A stretch of 64,000 nucleotides of DNA, from the NCBI GenBank assembly GCA_964247055.1, contig OZ176056.1:1-64000 (forward strand). The letters run 5' to 3'. The position numbers were made by a program, and so were the translations under genes. The notes under the pieces are model-generated. The model made no database searches. It was not told where the DNA came from and saw only the letters and a program-made list of their open reading frames with translations. Source of the stretch: Paragordius varius. Its lineage: Eukaryota; Animalia; Nematomorpha. Within the stretch, counting starts at the first letter, position 1. Each line of letters opens with the position of its first letter. Positions 8,821 to 22,449 of the stretch are shown here, piece by piece.

Positions 8821-10652
8821 GCGACTAGGAAGAGACTGACGACACATAGGATGATTGTTCAAAAATGACTGACGACGGATAGGGAAATACCGAAAAATCA
8901 CTGACGACGGATAGAATGATTGTTGAAAAATGACTGACGACGGATAGGGGGAATTCAAAAAACCAACTGACGACGGCTAGAAAGTGACGGACAAAAACAG
9001 ACTGACGACGGATAGAATGATTGCTAAAAAATGACTGACGACGGATAGGAGGAATGCCGAAAAATGACTGACGACGGATAGGGGAAATGCAGAAAACCAA
9101 CTGACGACGGCTAGAAAGTGAGGGGCAGAAACAGACTGACGACGGATAGGATGATTGCTAAAAAATGACTGACGACGGATAGGAGGAATTCCGAAAAATG
9201 ACTGACGACGGATAGGATGATTGTTGAAAAATGACTGACGACGGATAGGGGAAATGCAGAAAACCAACTGACGACGGAGAGGGGAAATGCAGAAAACCAA
9301 CTGACGACGGCTAGAAAGTGAGGGACATAAACAGACTGACGACGGATAGGATGATTGCTAAAAAATGACTGACGACGGATAGGAGGAATGCCGAAAAATG
9401 ACTGACGACGGATAGGATGATTGTTGAAAAATGACTGACGACGGATAGGGGAAATGCAGAAAACCAACTGACGACGGCTAGAAAGTGAGGGACAGAAACA
9501 GACTGACGACGGATAGGATGATTGCTAAAAAATGACTGACGACGGATAGGAGGAAAAAAATGACTGACGACGGATAGGATGATTGTTGAAAAATGACTGA
9601 CGACGGATAGGGGAAATGCAGAAAACCAACTGACGACGGCTAGAAAGTGAGGGACAGAAACAGACTGACGACGGATAGGATGATTGCTAAAAAATGACTG
9701 ACGACGGATAGGAGGAATGCCGGAAAATGACTGACGACGGATAGGATGATTGTTGAAAAATGACTGACGACGAATAGGGGGAATTCAAAAAACCAACTGA
9801 CGACGGCTAGAAAGTGAGGGACAGAAACAGACTGACGACGGATAGGATGATTGCTAAAAAATGACTGACGACGGATAGGAGGAAAAAAATGACTGACGAC
9901 GGATAGGATGATTGTTGAAAAATGACTGACGACGGATAGGGGAAATGCAGAAAACCAACTGACGACGGCTAGAAAGTGAGGGACAGAAACAGACTGACGA
10001 CGGATTGGATGATTGCTAAAAAATGACTGACGACGGATAGGAGGAATGCCGGAAAATGACTGACGACGGATAGGATGATTGTTGAAAAATGACTGACGAC
10101 GGATAAGGGAATGCAGGAAAACCAACTGACGACGGCTAGAAAATAACGGACAAAAACAGACTGACGACGGATAGGAGGAATGCCAAAAAATGACTGACGA
10201 CGGATAGGGGAATGCAGGAAAACCAACTGACGACGGCTAGAAAATGACGGACAAAAACAGACTGACGACGGATAGGTTGAATGCCAAAAAATGACTGACG
10301 ACGGATAGGATAATTGTTGAAAAATGACTGACGACGGATAGGGGGAATACAAAAAACTAACTTACGACGGCTACAAAATGACGGACAGAAACAGACTGAC
10401 GACGGATAGAATAATTGCTGAAAAATGACTGAGATAGGAGGAATGCCGAAAAATGACTGACGACGGATAGGATGATTGTTAAAAAATGACTGACGACGGA
10501 TAGGGGGAATGCAGAAAACCAACTGACGACGGCTAGAAAGTGAGGGACAGAAGCAGACTTACGACGGATAGGATGATTGCTAAAAAATGACTGACGACGG
10601 ATAGGAGGAATGCCGAAAAATGATAGACGACGGATAGGGGGAATGCAGAAAA
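8821..10652. repeat. Internal ~33-bp modular minisatellite (ACTGACGACGGATAG / ACTGACGACGGCTAG), ~55 units, with a mostly five-unit higher-order cycle of 162-167 bp
   Basis: The GGCTAG-type unit recurs at ~8977, 9111, 9311, 9478, 9640, 9807, 9969, 10136, 10237, 10371 and 10533 (spacings 134, 200, 167, 162, 167, 162, 167, 101, 134, 162). Confidence 0.97.
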
Positions 10653-11859
10653 TAGCCCTTTAGTAGTTCCATCATCACCCCAATTATTTTTGAGATCGGA
10701 ATATAAATGTTATTTTTATGAATTTTATAAATATTGACAAAATTACGATTTTAAAAATAAAATGGCTACCTAAAATCCAAATTTGATCAGGTGATGTCGC
10801 CATAATTTTTTTGGGTAGCCCTATGGTTGTTCCATCATAACCCCAAATATTTTTGAGATCGGAGTATAAATGTAATTTTTTTGAATTTTTTAAATATTTA
10901 AAAAATTTATTTTATACGATTTTAAAAATAAAAATGGCTACCTAAATTCTAGATCAGATGATGTCGCCATAATTTTTTTTGGGTAGCCCTATGGTAGTTC
11001 CATCATAACCCCAAATATTTTTGAGATCGGACTTTAAATGTAATTTTTATGAATTTTTTAAATATTTAAAAAATTTATTTTATACGATTTTAAAAATAAA
11101 AATGGCTACCTAAAATCCAAATTTGATCAGGTGATGTCACCATAATTTTTTTTGGGTAGCCCTATGGTAGTTCCATCATCACCCCAAATATTTTCGAGAT
11201 CGGAGTATAAATGTAATTTTTATGAATTTTTTAAATACTTAAAAAATTTATTTTATACGATTTTAACAATAAAAATGGCTACCTAAAATCTAAATTTGAT
11301 CAGGTGATGTCACTATAATTTTTTTGGGTAGCCCTATGGTAGTTCCATCATCACCCCAAATATTTTAGGGATCGGAGTATAAATGTAATTTTTATGAATT
11401 TTTTAAATATTTAAAAAATTTATTTTATACGATTTTAAAAATAAAAATGGCTACCTAAAATCCAAATTTGATCAGGTGATGTCACCATAATTTATTTTGG
11501 GTAGCCCTATGGTAGTTCCATCATCACCCCAAATATTTTGGGGATCGGACTATAAATGATATTTTTATGAATTTTTTAAATATTTAAAAAATTTATTTTA
11601 TACGATTTTAAAAATAAAAATGGCTACCTAAAATCCAAATTTGATCAGGTGATGTCACCATAATTTTTTTTGGGTAGCCCTATGGTAGTTCCATCATCAC
11701 CCCAAATATTTTCGAGATCGGAGTATAAATGTAATTTTTATGAATTTTTTAAATATTTAAAAAATTTATTTTATACGATTTTAAAAATAAAAATGGCTAC
11801 CTAAAATCCAAATTTGATCAGGTGATGTCACTATAAAATTTTTGGGTAGCCCTATGGTA

Positions 11860-14800
11860 GTTCCATCATCACCCCAAATATTTTCGAGATCGGAGTATAA
11901 ATGTAATTTTTATGAATTTTTTAAATATTTAAAAAATTTATTTTATACGATTTTAAAAATAAAAATGGCTACCTAAAATCCAAATTTGATCAGGCGATGT
12001 CACCATAATTTTTTTGGGTAGCCCTACGGTAGTTCCATCATCACCCCAAATATTTTCGAGATCGGAGTATAAATGTAATTTTTATGAATTTTTTAAATAT
12101 TTAAAAAATTTATTTTGGATTTTAAAAATAAAAATGGCTACCTAAAATCCAAATTTGATCAGGTGATGTCACTATAATTTTTTTTGGTAGCCCTATGGTA
12201 GTTCCATCATCACCCCAAATATTTTGGGGATCGGACTATAAATGTAATTTTTATGAATTTTTAAATATTTAAAAAATTTATTTTATACGATTTTTAAAAT
12301 AAAAATGGCTACCTAAAATCCAAATTTGATCAGGTGATGTCGCCATAATTTTTTTTGGGTAGCCCTATGGTAGTTCCATCATCACCTCAAATACTTTGGG
12401 GATCGGACTATAAATGTAATTTTTAGGAATTTTTAAAATATTTAAAAAATTTATTTTATACGATTTTAAAAATAAAAATGGCTACCTAAAATCCAAATTT
12501 GATCAGGTGATGTCGCCATAATTTTTTTTGCGTAGCCCTACGGTAGTTCTATCATCACCCCAAATATTTTGGGGATCGGACTATAAATGTAATTTTTATG
12601 ATTTTTTTAAATATTTAAAAAATTTATTTTATACGATTTTAAAACTAAAAATGGCTACCTAAAATCCAAATTTGATCAGGTGATGTCACCATAATTTTTT
12701 TTGGGTAGCCCTATGGTAGTTCCATCATCACCCCAAATATTTTCGAGATCGGAGTATAAATGTAATTTTTATGAATTTTTTAAATATTTAAAAAATTTAT
12801 TTTATACGATTTTAAAAATAAAAATGGCTACCTAAAATCCAAATTTGATCAGGCCATGTCACCATAATTTTTTTTGGGTAGCCCTATGGTAGTTCCATCA
12901 TCACCCCAAATATTTTCGAGATCGGAGTATAAATGTAATTTTTATGAATTTTTTAAATATTTAAAAAATTTATTTTATACGATTTTAAAAATAAAAATGG
13001 CTACCTAAAATCCAAAGTCACTATAATTTTTTTGGGTAGCCCTATGGTAGTTCCATCATCACCCCAAATATTTTGGGGATCGGACTATAAATGTAATTTT
13101 TATGAATTTTTTAAATATTTAAAATATTTATTTTATACGATTTTTAAAATAAAAATGGCTACCTAAAATCCAAATTTGATCAGGTGATGTCACCATAATT
13201 TTTTTTGGGTAGCCCTATGGTAGTTCCATCATCACCCCAAATACTTTGGGGATCGGACTATAAATGTAATTTTTATGAATTTTTTAAATATTTAAAAAAT
13301 TTATTTTATACGATTTTAAAAATAAAAATGGCTACCTAAAATCCAAATTTGATCAGGTGATGTCACCATAATTTTTTTTGGGTAGCCCTATGGTAGTTCC
13401 ATCATCACCCCAAATATTTTCGAGATCGGAGTATAAATGTAATTTTTATGAATTTTTTAAATATTTAAAAAATTTATTTTATACGATTTTAAAAATAAAA
13501 ATGGCTACCTAAAATCCAAATTTGATCAGGTGATGTCACCATAATTTTTTTTGGGTAGCCCTATGGTAGTTCCATCATCACCCCAAATATTGTCGAGATC
13601 GGAGTATAAATGTAATTTTTGTGAATTTTTTAAATATTTAAAAAATTTATTTAATACGATTTTAAAAATAAAAATGGCTACCTAAAATCCAAATATGATC
13701 AGGTGATGTCGCCATAATTTTTTTTGCGTAGCCCTATGGTAGTTCTATCATCACCCCAAATATTTTAAGGATCGGACTATAAATGTAATTTTTATGATTT
13801 TTTTAAATATTTAAAAAATTTATTTTATACGATTTTTAAAATAAAAATGGCTACCTAAAATCCAAATTTGATCAGGTGATGTCACCATAATTTTTTTTGG
13901 GTAGCCCTATGGTAGTTCCATCATCACCCCAAATATTTTCGAGATCGGAGTATAAATGTAATTTTTATAAATTTTTTAAATATTTAAAAAATTTATTTTA
14001 TACGATTTTAAAAATAAAAATGGCTACCTAAAATCCAAATTTGATCAGGTGATGTCACCATAATTTTTTTTGGGTAGCCCTATGGTAGTTCCATCATCAT
14101 CCCAAATATTTTCGAGATCGGAGTATAAATGTAATTTTTATGAATTTTTTAAATATTTAAAAAATTTATTTTATACGATTTTAAAAATAAAAATGGCTAC
14201 CTAAAATCCAAATTTGATCAGGTGATGTCACTATAATTTTTTTTGGGTAGCCCTATGGTAGTTCCATCATCACCCCAAATATTTTGGGGATCGGACTATA
14301 AATGTAATTTTTATGAATTTTTTAAATATTTAAAAAATTTATTTTATACGATTTTAAAAATAAAAATGGCTACCTAAAATCCAAATTTGATCAGGTGATG
14401 TCACCATAATTTTTTTTGGGTAGCCCTATGGTAGTTCCATCATCACCCCAAATATTGTCGAGATCGGAGTATAAATGTAATTTTTTTGAATTTTTTAAAT
14501 ATTTAAAAAATTTATTTAATACGATTTTAAAAATAAAAATGGCTACCTAAAATCAAAATTTGATCAGGTGATGTCGCCATAATTTTTTTTGGGTAGCCCT
14601 ATGGTAGTTCCATCATTACCCCAAATATTGTCGAGATCGGAGTATAAATGTAATTTTTTTGAATTTTTTAAATATTTAAAAAATTTATTTAATACGATTT
14701 TAAAAATAAAAATGGCTACCTAAAATCCAAATTTGATCAGGTGATGTCGCCATAATTTTTTTTGCGTAGCCCTATGGTAGTTCTATCATCACCCCAAATA

Positions 14801-17800
14801 TTTTAAGGATCGGACTATAAATGTAATTTTTATGATTTTTTTAAATATTTAAAAAATTTATTTTATACGATTTTAAAAATAAAAATGGCTACCTAAAATC
14901 CAAATTTGATCAGGTGATGTCACCATAATTTTTTTTGGGTAGCCCTATGGTAGTTCCATCATCATCCCAAATATTTTCGAGATCGGAGTATAAATGTAAT
15001 TTTTATGAATTTTTTAAATATTTAAAAAATTTATTTTATACGATTTTAAAAATAAAAATGGCTACCTAAAATCCAAATTTGATCAGGTGATCTCACTATA
15101 ATTTTTTTGGGTAGCCCTATGGTAGTTCCATCATCACCCCAAATATTTTCGAGATCGGAGTATAAATGTAATTTTTATGAATTTTTTAAATATTTAAAAA
15201 ATTTATTTTATACGATTTTAAAAATAAAAATGGCTACCTAAAATCCAAATTTGATCAGGCGATGTCACCATAATTTTTTTTGGGTAGCCCTACGGTAGTT
15301 CCATCATCACCCCAAATATTTTCGAGATCGGAGTATAAATGTAATTTTTATGAATTTTTTAAATATTTAAAAAATTTATTTTGTACGATTTTAAAAATAA
15401 AAATGGCTACCTAAAATCCAAATTTGATCAGGTGATGTCACTATAATTTTTTTTGGTAGCCCTATGGTAGTTCCATCATCACCCCAAATATTTTGGGGAT
15501 CGGACTATAAATGTAATTTTTATGAATTTTTAAATATTTAAAAAATTTATTTTATACGATTTTTAAAATAAAAATGGCTACCTAAAATCCAAATTTGATC
15601 AGGTGATGTCGCCATAATTTTTTTTGGGTAGCCCTATGGTAGTTCCATCATTACCTCAAATACTTTGGGGATCGGACTATAAATGTAATTTTTAGGAATT
15701 TTTAAAATATTTAAAAAATTTATTTTATACGATTTTAAAAATAAAAATGGCTACCTAAAATCCAAATTTGATCAGGTGATGTCGCCATAATTTTTTTTGC
15801 GTAGCCCTACGGTAGTTCTATCATCACCCCAAATATTTTGGGGATCGGACTATAAATGTAATTTTTATGATTTTTTTAAATATTTAAAAAATTTATTTTA
15901 TACGATTTTAAAAATAAAAATGGCTACCTAAAATCCAAATTTGATCAGGTGATGTCACCATAATTTTTTTTGGGTAGCCCTATGGTAGTTCCATCATCAC
16001 CCCAAATATTTTCGAGATCGGAGTATAAATGTAATTTTTATGAATTTTTTAAATATTTAAAAAATTTATTTTATACGATTTTAAAAATAAAAATGGCTAC
16101 CTAAAATCCAAATTTGATCAGGCCATGTCACCATAATTTTTTTTAGGTAGCCCTATGGTAGTTCCATCATCACCCCAAATATTTTCGAGATCGGAGTATA
16201 AATGTAATTTTTATGAATTTTTTAAATATTTAAAAAATTTATTTTATACGATTTTAAAAATAAAAATGGCTACCTAAAATCCAAAGTCACTATAATTTTT
16301 TTGGGTAGCCCTATGGTAGTTCCATCATCACCCCAAATATTTTGGGGATCGGACTATAAATGTAATTTTTATGAATTTTTTAAATATTTAAAATATTTAT
16401 TTTATACGATTTTTAAAATAAAAATGGCTACCTAAAATCCAAATTTGATCAGGTGATGTCACCATAATTTTTTTTGGGTAGCCCTATGGTAGTTCCATCA
16501 TCACCCCAAATACTTTGGGGATCGGACTATAAATGTAATTTTTATGAATTTTTTAAATATTTAAAAAATTTATTTTATACGATTTTAAAAATAAAAATGG
16601 CTACCTAAAATCCAAATTTGATCAGGTGATGTCACCATAATTTTTTTTGGGTAGCCCTATGGTAGTTCCATCATCACCCCAAATATTTTTGAGATCGGAG
16701 TATAAATGTAATTTTTATGAATTTTTTAAATATTTAAAAAATTTATTTTATACGATTTTAAAAATAAAAATGGCTACCTAAAATCCAAATTTGATCAGGT
16801 GATGTCACCATAATTTTTTTTGGGTAGCCCTATGGTAGTTCCATCATCACCCCAAATATTGTCGAGATCGGAGTATAAATGTAATTTTTGTGAATTTTTT
16901 AAATATTTAAAAAATTTATTTAATACGATTTTAAAAATAAAAATGGCTACCTAAAATCCAAATTTGATCAGGTGATGTCGCCATAATTTTTTTTGCGTAG
17001 CCCTATGGTAGTTCTATCATCACCCCAAATATTTTAAGGATCGGACTATAAATGTAATTTTTATGATTTTTTTAAATATTTAAAAAATTTATTTTATACG
17101 ATTTTAAAAATAAAAATGGCTACCTAAAATCCAAATTTGATCAGGTGATGTCACCATAATTTTTTTTGGGTAGCCCTATGGTAGTTCCATCATCACCCCA
17201 AATATTTTCGAGATCGGAGTATAAATGTAATTTTTATGAATTTTTTAAATATTTAAAAAATTTATTTTATACGATTTTAAAAATAAAAATGGCTACCTAA
17301 AATCCAAATTTGATCAGGTGATGTCACCATAATTTTTTTTGGGTAGCCCTATGGTAGTTCCATCATCATCCCAAATACTTTGGGGATCGGACTATAAATG
17401 TAATTTTTATGAATTTTTTAAATATTTAAAAAATTTATTTTATACGATTTTAAAAATAAAAATGGCTACCTAAAATCCAAATTTGATCAGGTGATGTCAC
17501 CATAATTTTTTTTGGGTAGCCCTATGGTAGTTCCATCATCACCCCAAATATTTTCGAGATCGGAGTATAAATGTAATTTTTATGAATTTTTTAAATATTT
17601 AAAAAATTTATTTTATACGATTTTAAAAATAAAAATGGCTACCTAAAATCCAAATTTGATCAGGTGATGTCACCATAATTTTTTTTGGGTAGCCCTATGG
17701 TAGTTCCATCATCACCCCAAATATTGTCGAGATCGGAGTATAAATGTAATTTTTGTGAATTTTTTAAATATTTAAAAAATTTATTTTATACGATTTTAAA

Positions 17801-20800
17801 AATAAAAATGGCTACCTAAAATCCAAATTTGATCAGGTGATGTCACCATAATTTTTTTTGGGTAGCCCTATGGTAGTTCCATCATCACCCCAAATACTTT
17901 GGGGATCGGACTATAAATGTAATTTTTATGAATTTTTTAAATATTTAAAAAATTTATTTTATACGATTTTAAAAATAAAAATGGCTACCTAAAATCCAAA
18001 TTTGATCAGGTGATGTCACCATAATTTTTTTTGGGTAGCCCTATGGTAGTTCCATCATCACCCCAAATATTTTTGAGATCGGAGTATAAATGTAATTTTT
18101 ATGAATTTTTTAAATATTTAAAAAATTTATTTTATACGATTTTAAAAATAAAAATGGCTACCTAAAATCCAAATATGATCAGGTGATGTCGCCATAATTT
18201 TTTTTGCGTAGCCCTATGGTAGTTCTATCATCACCCCAAATATTTTAAGGATCGGACTATAAATGTAATTTTTATGATTTTTTTAAATATTTAAAAAATT
18301 TATTTTATACGATTTTTAAAATAAAAATGGCTACCTAAAATCCAAATTTGATCAGGTGATGTCACCATAATTTTTTTTGGGTAGCCCTATGGTAGTTCCA
18401 TCATCACCCCAAATATTTTCGAGATCGGAGTATAAATGTAATTTTTATAAATTTTTTAAATATTTAAAAAATTTATTTTATACGATTTTAAAAATAAAAA
18501 TGGCTACCTAAAATCCAAATTTGATCAGGTGATGTCACCATAATTTTTTTTGGGTAGCCCTATGGTAGTTCCATCATCATCCCAAATATTTTCGAGATCG
18601 GAGTATAAATGTAATTTTTATGAATTTTTTAAATATTTAAAAAATTTATTTTATACGATTTTAAAAATAAAAATGGCTACCTAAAATCCAAATTTGATCA
18701 GGTGATGTCACTATAATTTTTTTGGGTAGCCCTATGGTAGTTCCATCATCACCCCAAATATTTTGGGGATCGGACTATAAATGTAATTTTTATGAATTTT
18801 TTAAATATTTAAAAAATTTATTTTATACGATTTTAAAAATAAAAATGGCTACCTAAAATCCAAATTTGATCAGGTGATGTCACCATAATTTTTTTTGGGT
18901 AGCCCTATGGTAGTTCCATCATCACCCCAAATATTGTCGAGATCGGAGTATAAATGTAATTTTTTTGAATTTTTTAAATATTTAAAAAATTTATTTAATA
19001 CGATTTTAAAAATAAAAATGGCTACCTAAAATCAAAATTTGATCAGGTGATGTCGCCATAATTTTTTTTGGGTAGCCCTATGGTAGTTCCATCATTACCC
19101 CAAATATTGTCGAGATCGGAGTATAAATGTAATTTTTTTGAATTTTTTAAATATTTAAAAAATTTATTTAATACGATTTTAAAAATAAAAATGGCTACCT
19201 AAAATCCAAATTTGATCAGGTGATGTCGCCATAATTTTTTTTGCGTAGCCCTATGGTAGTTCTATCATCACCCCAAATATTTTAAGGATCGGACTATAAA
19301 TGTAATTTTTATGATTTTTTTAAATATTTAAAAAATTTATCTTATACGATTTTAAAAATAAAAATGGCTACCTAAAATCCAAATTTGATCAGGTGATGTC
19401 ACCATAATTTTTTTTGGGTAGCCCTATGGTAGTTCCATCATCATCCCAAATATTTTCGAGATCGGAGTATAAATGTAATTTTTATGAATTTTTTAAATAT
19501 TTAAAAAATTTATTTTATACGATTTTAAAAATAAAAATGGCTACCTAAAATCCAAATTTGATCAGGTGATCTCACTATAATTTTTTTGGGTAGCCCTATG
19601 GTAGTTCCATCATCACCCCAAATATTTTCGAGATCGGAGTATAAATGTAATTTTTATGAATTTTTTAAATATTTAAAAAATTTATTTTATACGATTTTAA
19701 AAATAAAAATGGCTACCTAAAATCCAAATTTGATCAGGCGATGTCACCATAATTTTTTTTGGGTAGCCCTACGGTAGTTCCATCATCACCCCAAATATTT
19801 TCGAGATCGGAGTATAAATGTAATTTTTATGAATTTTTTAAATATTTAAAAAATTTATTTTGTACGATTTTAAAAATAAAAATGGCTACCTAAAATCCAA
19901 ATTTGATCAGGTGATGTCACTATAATTTTTTTTGGTAGCCCTATGGTAGTTCCATCATCACCCCAAATATTTTGGGGATCGGACTATAAATGTAATTTTT
20001 ATGAATTTTTAAATATTTAAAAAATTTATTTTATACGATTTTTAAAATAAAAATGGCTACCTAAAATCCAAATTTGATCAGGTGATGTCGCCATAATTTT
20101 TTTTGGGTAGCCCTATGGTAGTTCCATCATTACCTCAAATACTTTGGGGATCGGACTATAAATGTAATTTTTAGGAATTTTTAAAATATTTAAAAAATTT
20201 ATTTTATACGATTTTAAAAATAAAAATGGCTACCTAAAATCCAAATTTGATCAGGTGATGTCGCCATAATTTTTTTTGCGTAGCCCTACGGTAGTTCTAT
20301 CATCACCCCAAATATTTTGGGGATCGGACTATAAATGTAATTTTTATGATTTTTTTAAATATTTAAAAAATTTATTTTATACGATTTTAAAAATAAAAAT
20401 GGCTACCTAAAATCCAAATTTGATCAGGTGATGTCACCATAATTTTTTTTGGGTAGCCCTATGGTAGTTCCATCATCACCCCAAATATTTTCGAGATCGG
20501 AGTATAAATGTAATTTTTATGAATTTTTTAAATATTTAAAAAATTTATTTTATACGATTTTAAAAATAAAAATGGCTACCTAAAATCCAAATTTGATCAG
20601 GCCATGTCACCATAATTTTTTTTAGGTAGCCCTATGGTAGTTCCATCATCACCCCAAATATTTTCGAGATCGGAGTATAAATGTAATTTTTATGAATTTT
20701 TTAAATATTTAAAAAATTTATTTTATACGATTTTAAAAATAAAAATGGCTACCTAAAATCCAAAGTCACTATAATTTTTTTGGGTAGCCCTATGGTAGTT

Positions 20801-21840
20801 CCATCATCACCCCAAATATTTTGGGGATCGGACTATAAATGTAATTTTTATGAATTTTTTAAATATTTAAAATATTTATTTTATACGATTTTTAAAATAA
20901 AAATGGCTACCTAAAATCCAAATTTGATCAGGTGATGTCACCATAATTTTTTTTGGGTAGCCCTATGGTAGTTCCATCATCACCCCAAATACTTTGGGGA
21001 TCGGACTATAAATGTAATTTTTATGAATTTTTTAAATATTTAAAAAATTTATTTTATACGATTTTAAAAATAAAAATGGCTACCTAAAATCCAAATTTGA
21101 TCAGGTGATGTCACCATAATTTTTTTTGGGTAGCCCTATGGTAGTTCCATCATCACCCCAAATATTTTTGAGATCGGAGTATAAATGTAATTTTTATGAA
21201 TTTTTTAAATATTTAAAAAATTTATTTTATACGATTTTAAAAATAAAAATGGCTACCTAAAATCCAAATTTGATCAGGTGATGTCACCATAATTTTTTTT
21301 GGGTAGCCCTATGGTAGTTCCATCATCACCCCAAATATTGTCGAGATCGGAGTATAAATGTAATTTTTGTGAATTTTTTAAATATTTAAAAAATTTATTT
21401 AATACGATTTTAAAAATAAAAATGGCTACCTAAAATCCAAATTTGATCAGGTGATGTCGCCATAATTTTTTTTGCGTAGCCCTATGGTAGTTCTATCATC
21501 ACCCCAAATATTTTAAGGATCGGACTATAAATGTAATTTTTATGATTTTTTTAAATATTTAAAAAATTTATTTTATACGATTTTAAAAATAAAAATGGCT
21601 ACCTAAAATCCAAATTTGATCAGGTGATGTCACCATAATTTTTTTTGGGTAGCCCTATGGTAGTTCCATCATCACCCCAAATATTTTCGAGATCGGAGTA
21701 TAAATGTAATTTTTATGAATTTTTTAAATATTTAAAAAATTTATTTTATACGATTTTAAAAATAAAAATGGCTACCTAAAATCCAAATTTGATCAGGTGA
21801 TGTCACCATAATTTTTTTTGGGTAGCCCTATGGTAGTTCC
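11860..21840. repeat. Satellite HOR domain with 19-mer (3269 bp) and 26-mer (4479 bp) duplications
   Basis: A monomer with a 14-bp deletion (TCCAAA^GTCACT) occurs at 13017, 16286 and 20765. Other rare markers (CAGGCCATG, CCTCAAATACT, TAGGAATTT) follow the same offsets. Confidence 0.88.
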
Positions 21841-22449
21841 ATCATCATCCCAAATATTTTCGAGATCGGAGTATAAATGTAATTTTTATGAATTTTTTAA
21901 ATATTTAAAAAATTTATTTTATACGATTTTAAAAATAAAAATGGCTACCTAAAATCCAAATTTGATCAGGTGATGTCACTATAATTTTTTTTGGGTAGCC
22001 CTATGGTAGTTCCATCATCACCCCAAATATTTTGGGGATCGGACTATAAATGTAATTTTTATGAATTTTTTAAATATTTAAAAAATTTATTTTATACGAT
22101 TTTAAAAATAAAAATGGCTACCTAAAATCCAAATTTGATCAGGTGATGTCACCATAATTTTTTTTGGGTAGCCCTATGGTAGTTCCATCATCACCCCAAA
22201 TATTGTCGAGATCAGAGTATAAATGTAATTTTTTTGAATTTTTTAAATATTTAAAAAATTTATTTAATACGATTTTAAAAATAAAAATGGCTACCTAAAA
22301 TCAAAATTTGATCAGGTGATGTCGCCATAATTTTTTTTGGGTAGCCCTATGGTAGTTCCATCATCACCCCAAATATTGTCGAGATCGGAGTATAAATGTA
22401 ATTTTTTTGAATTTTTTAAATATTTAAAAAATTTATTTAATACGATTTT

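Noticed and set aside
8773-10522. Series of overlapping minus-strand ORFs (61-161 aa)
   Set aside because: Same minisatellite artefact in the opposite orientation.
8821-10652. CRISPR-like appearance (constant core plus variable intervening sequence)
   Set aside because: The 'spacers' are only 17-22 bp, are related to one another and are reused cyclically. There are no cas genes or leader, and the context is a eukaryotic telomere.
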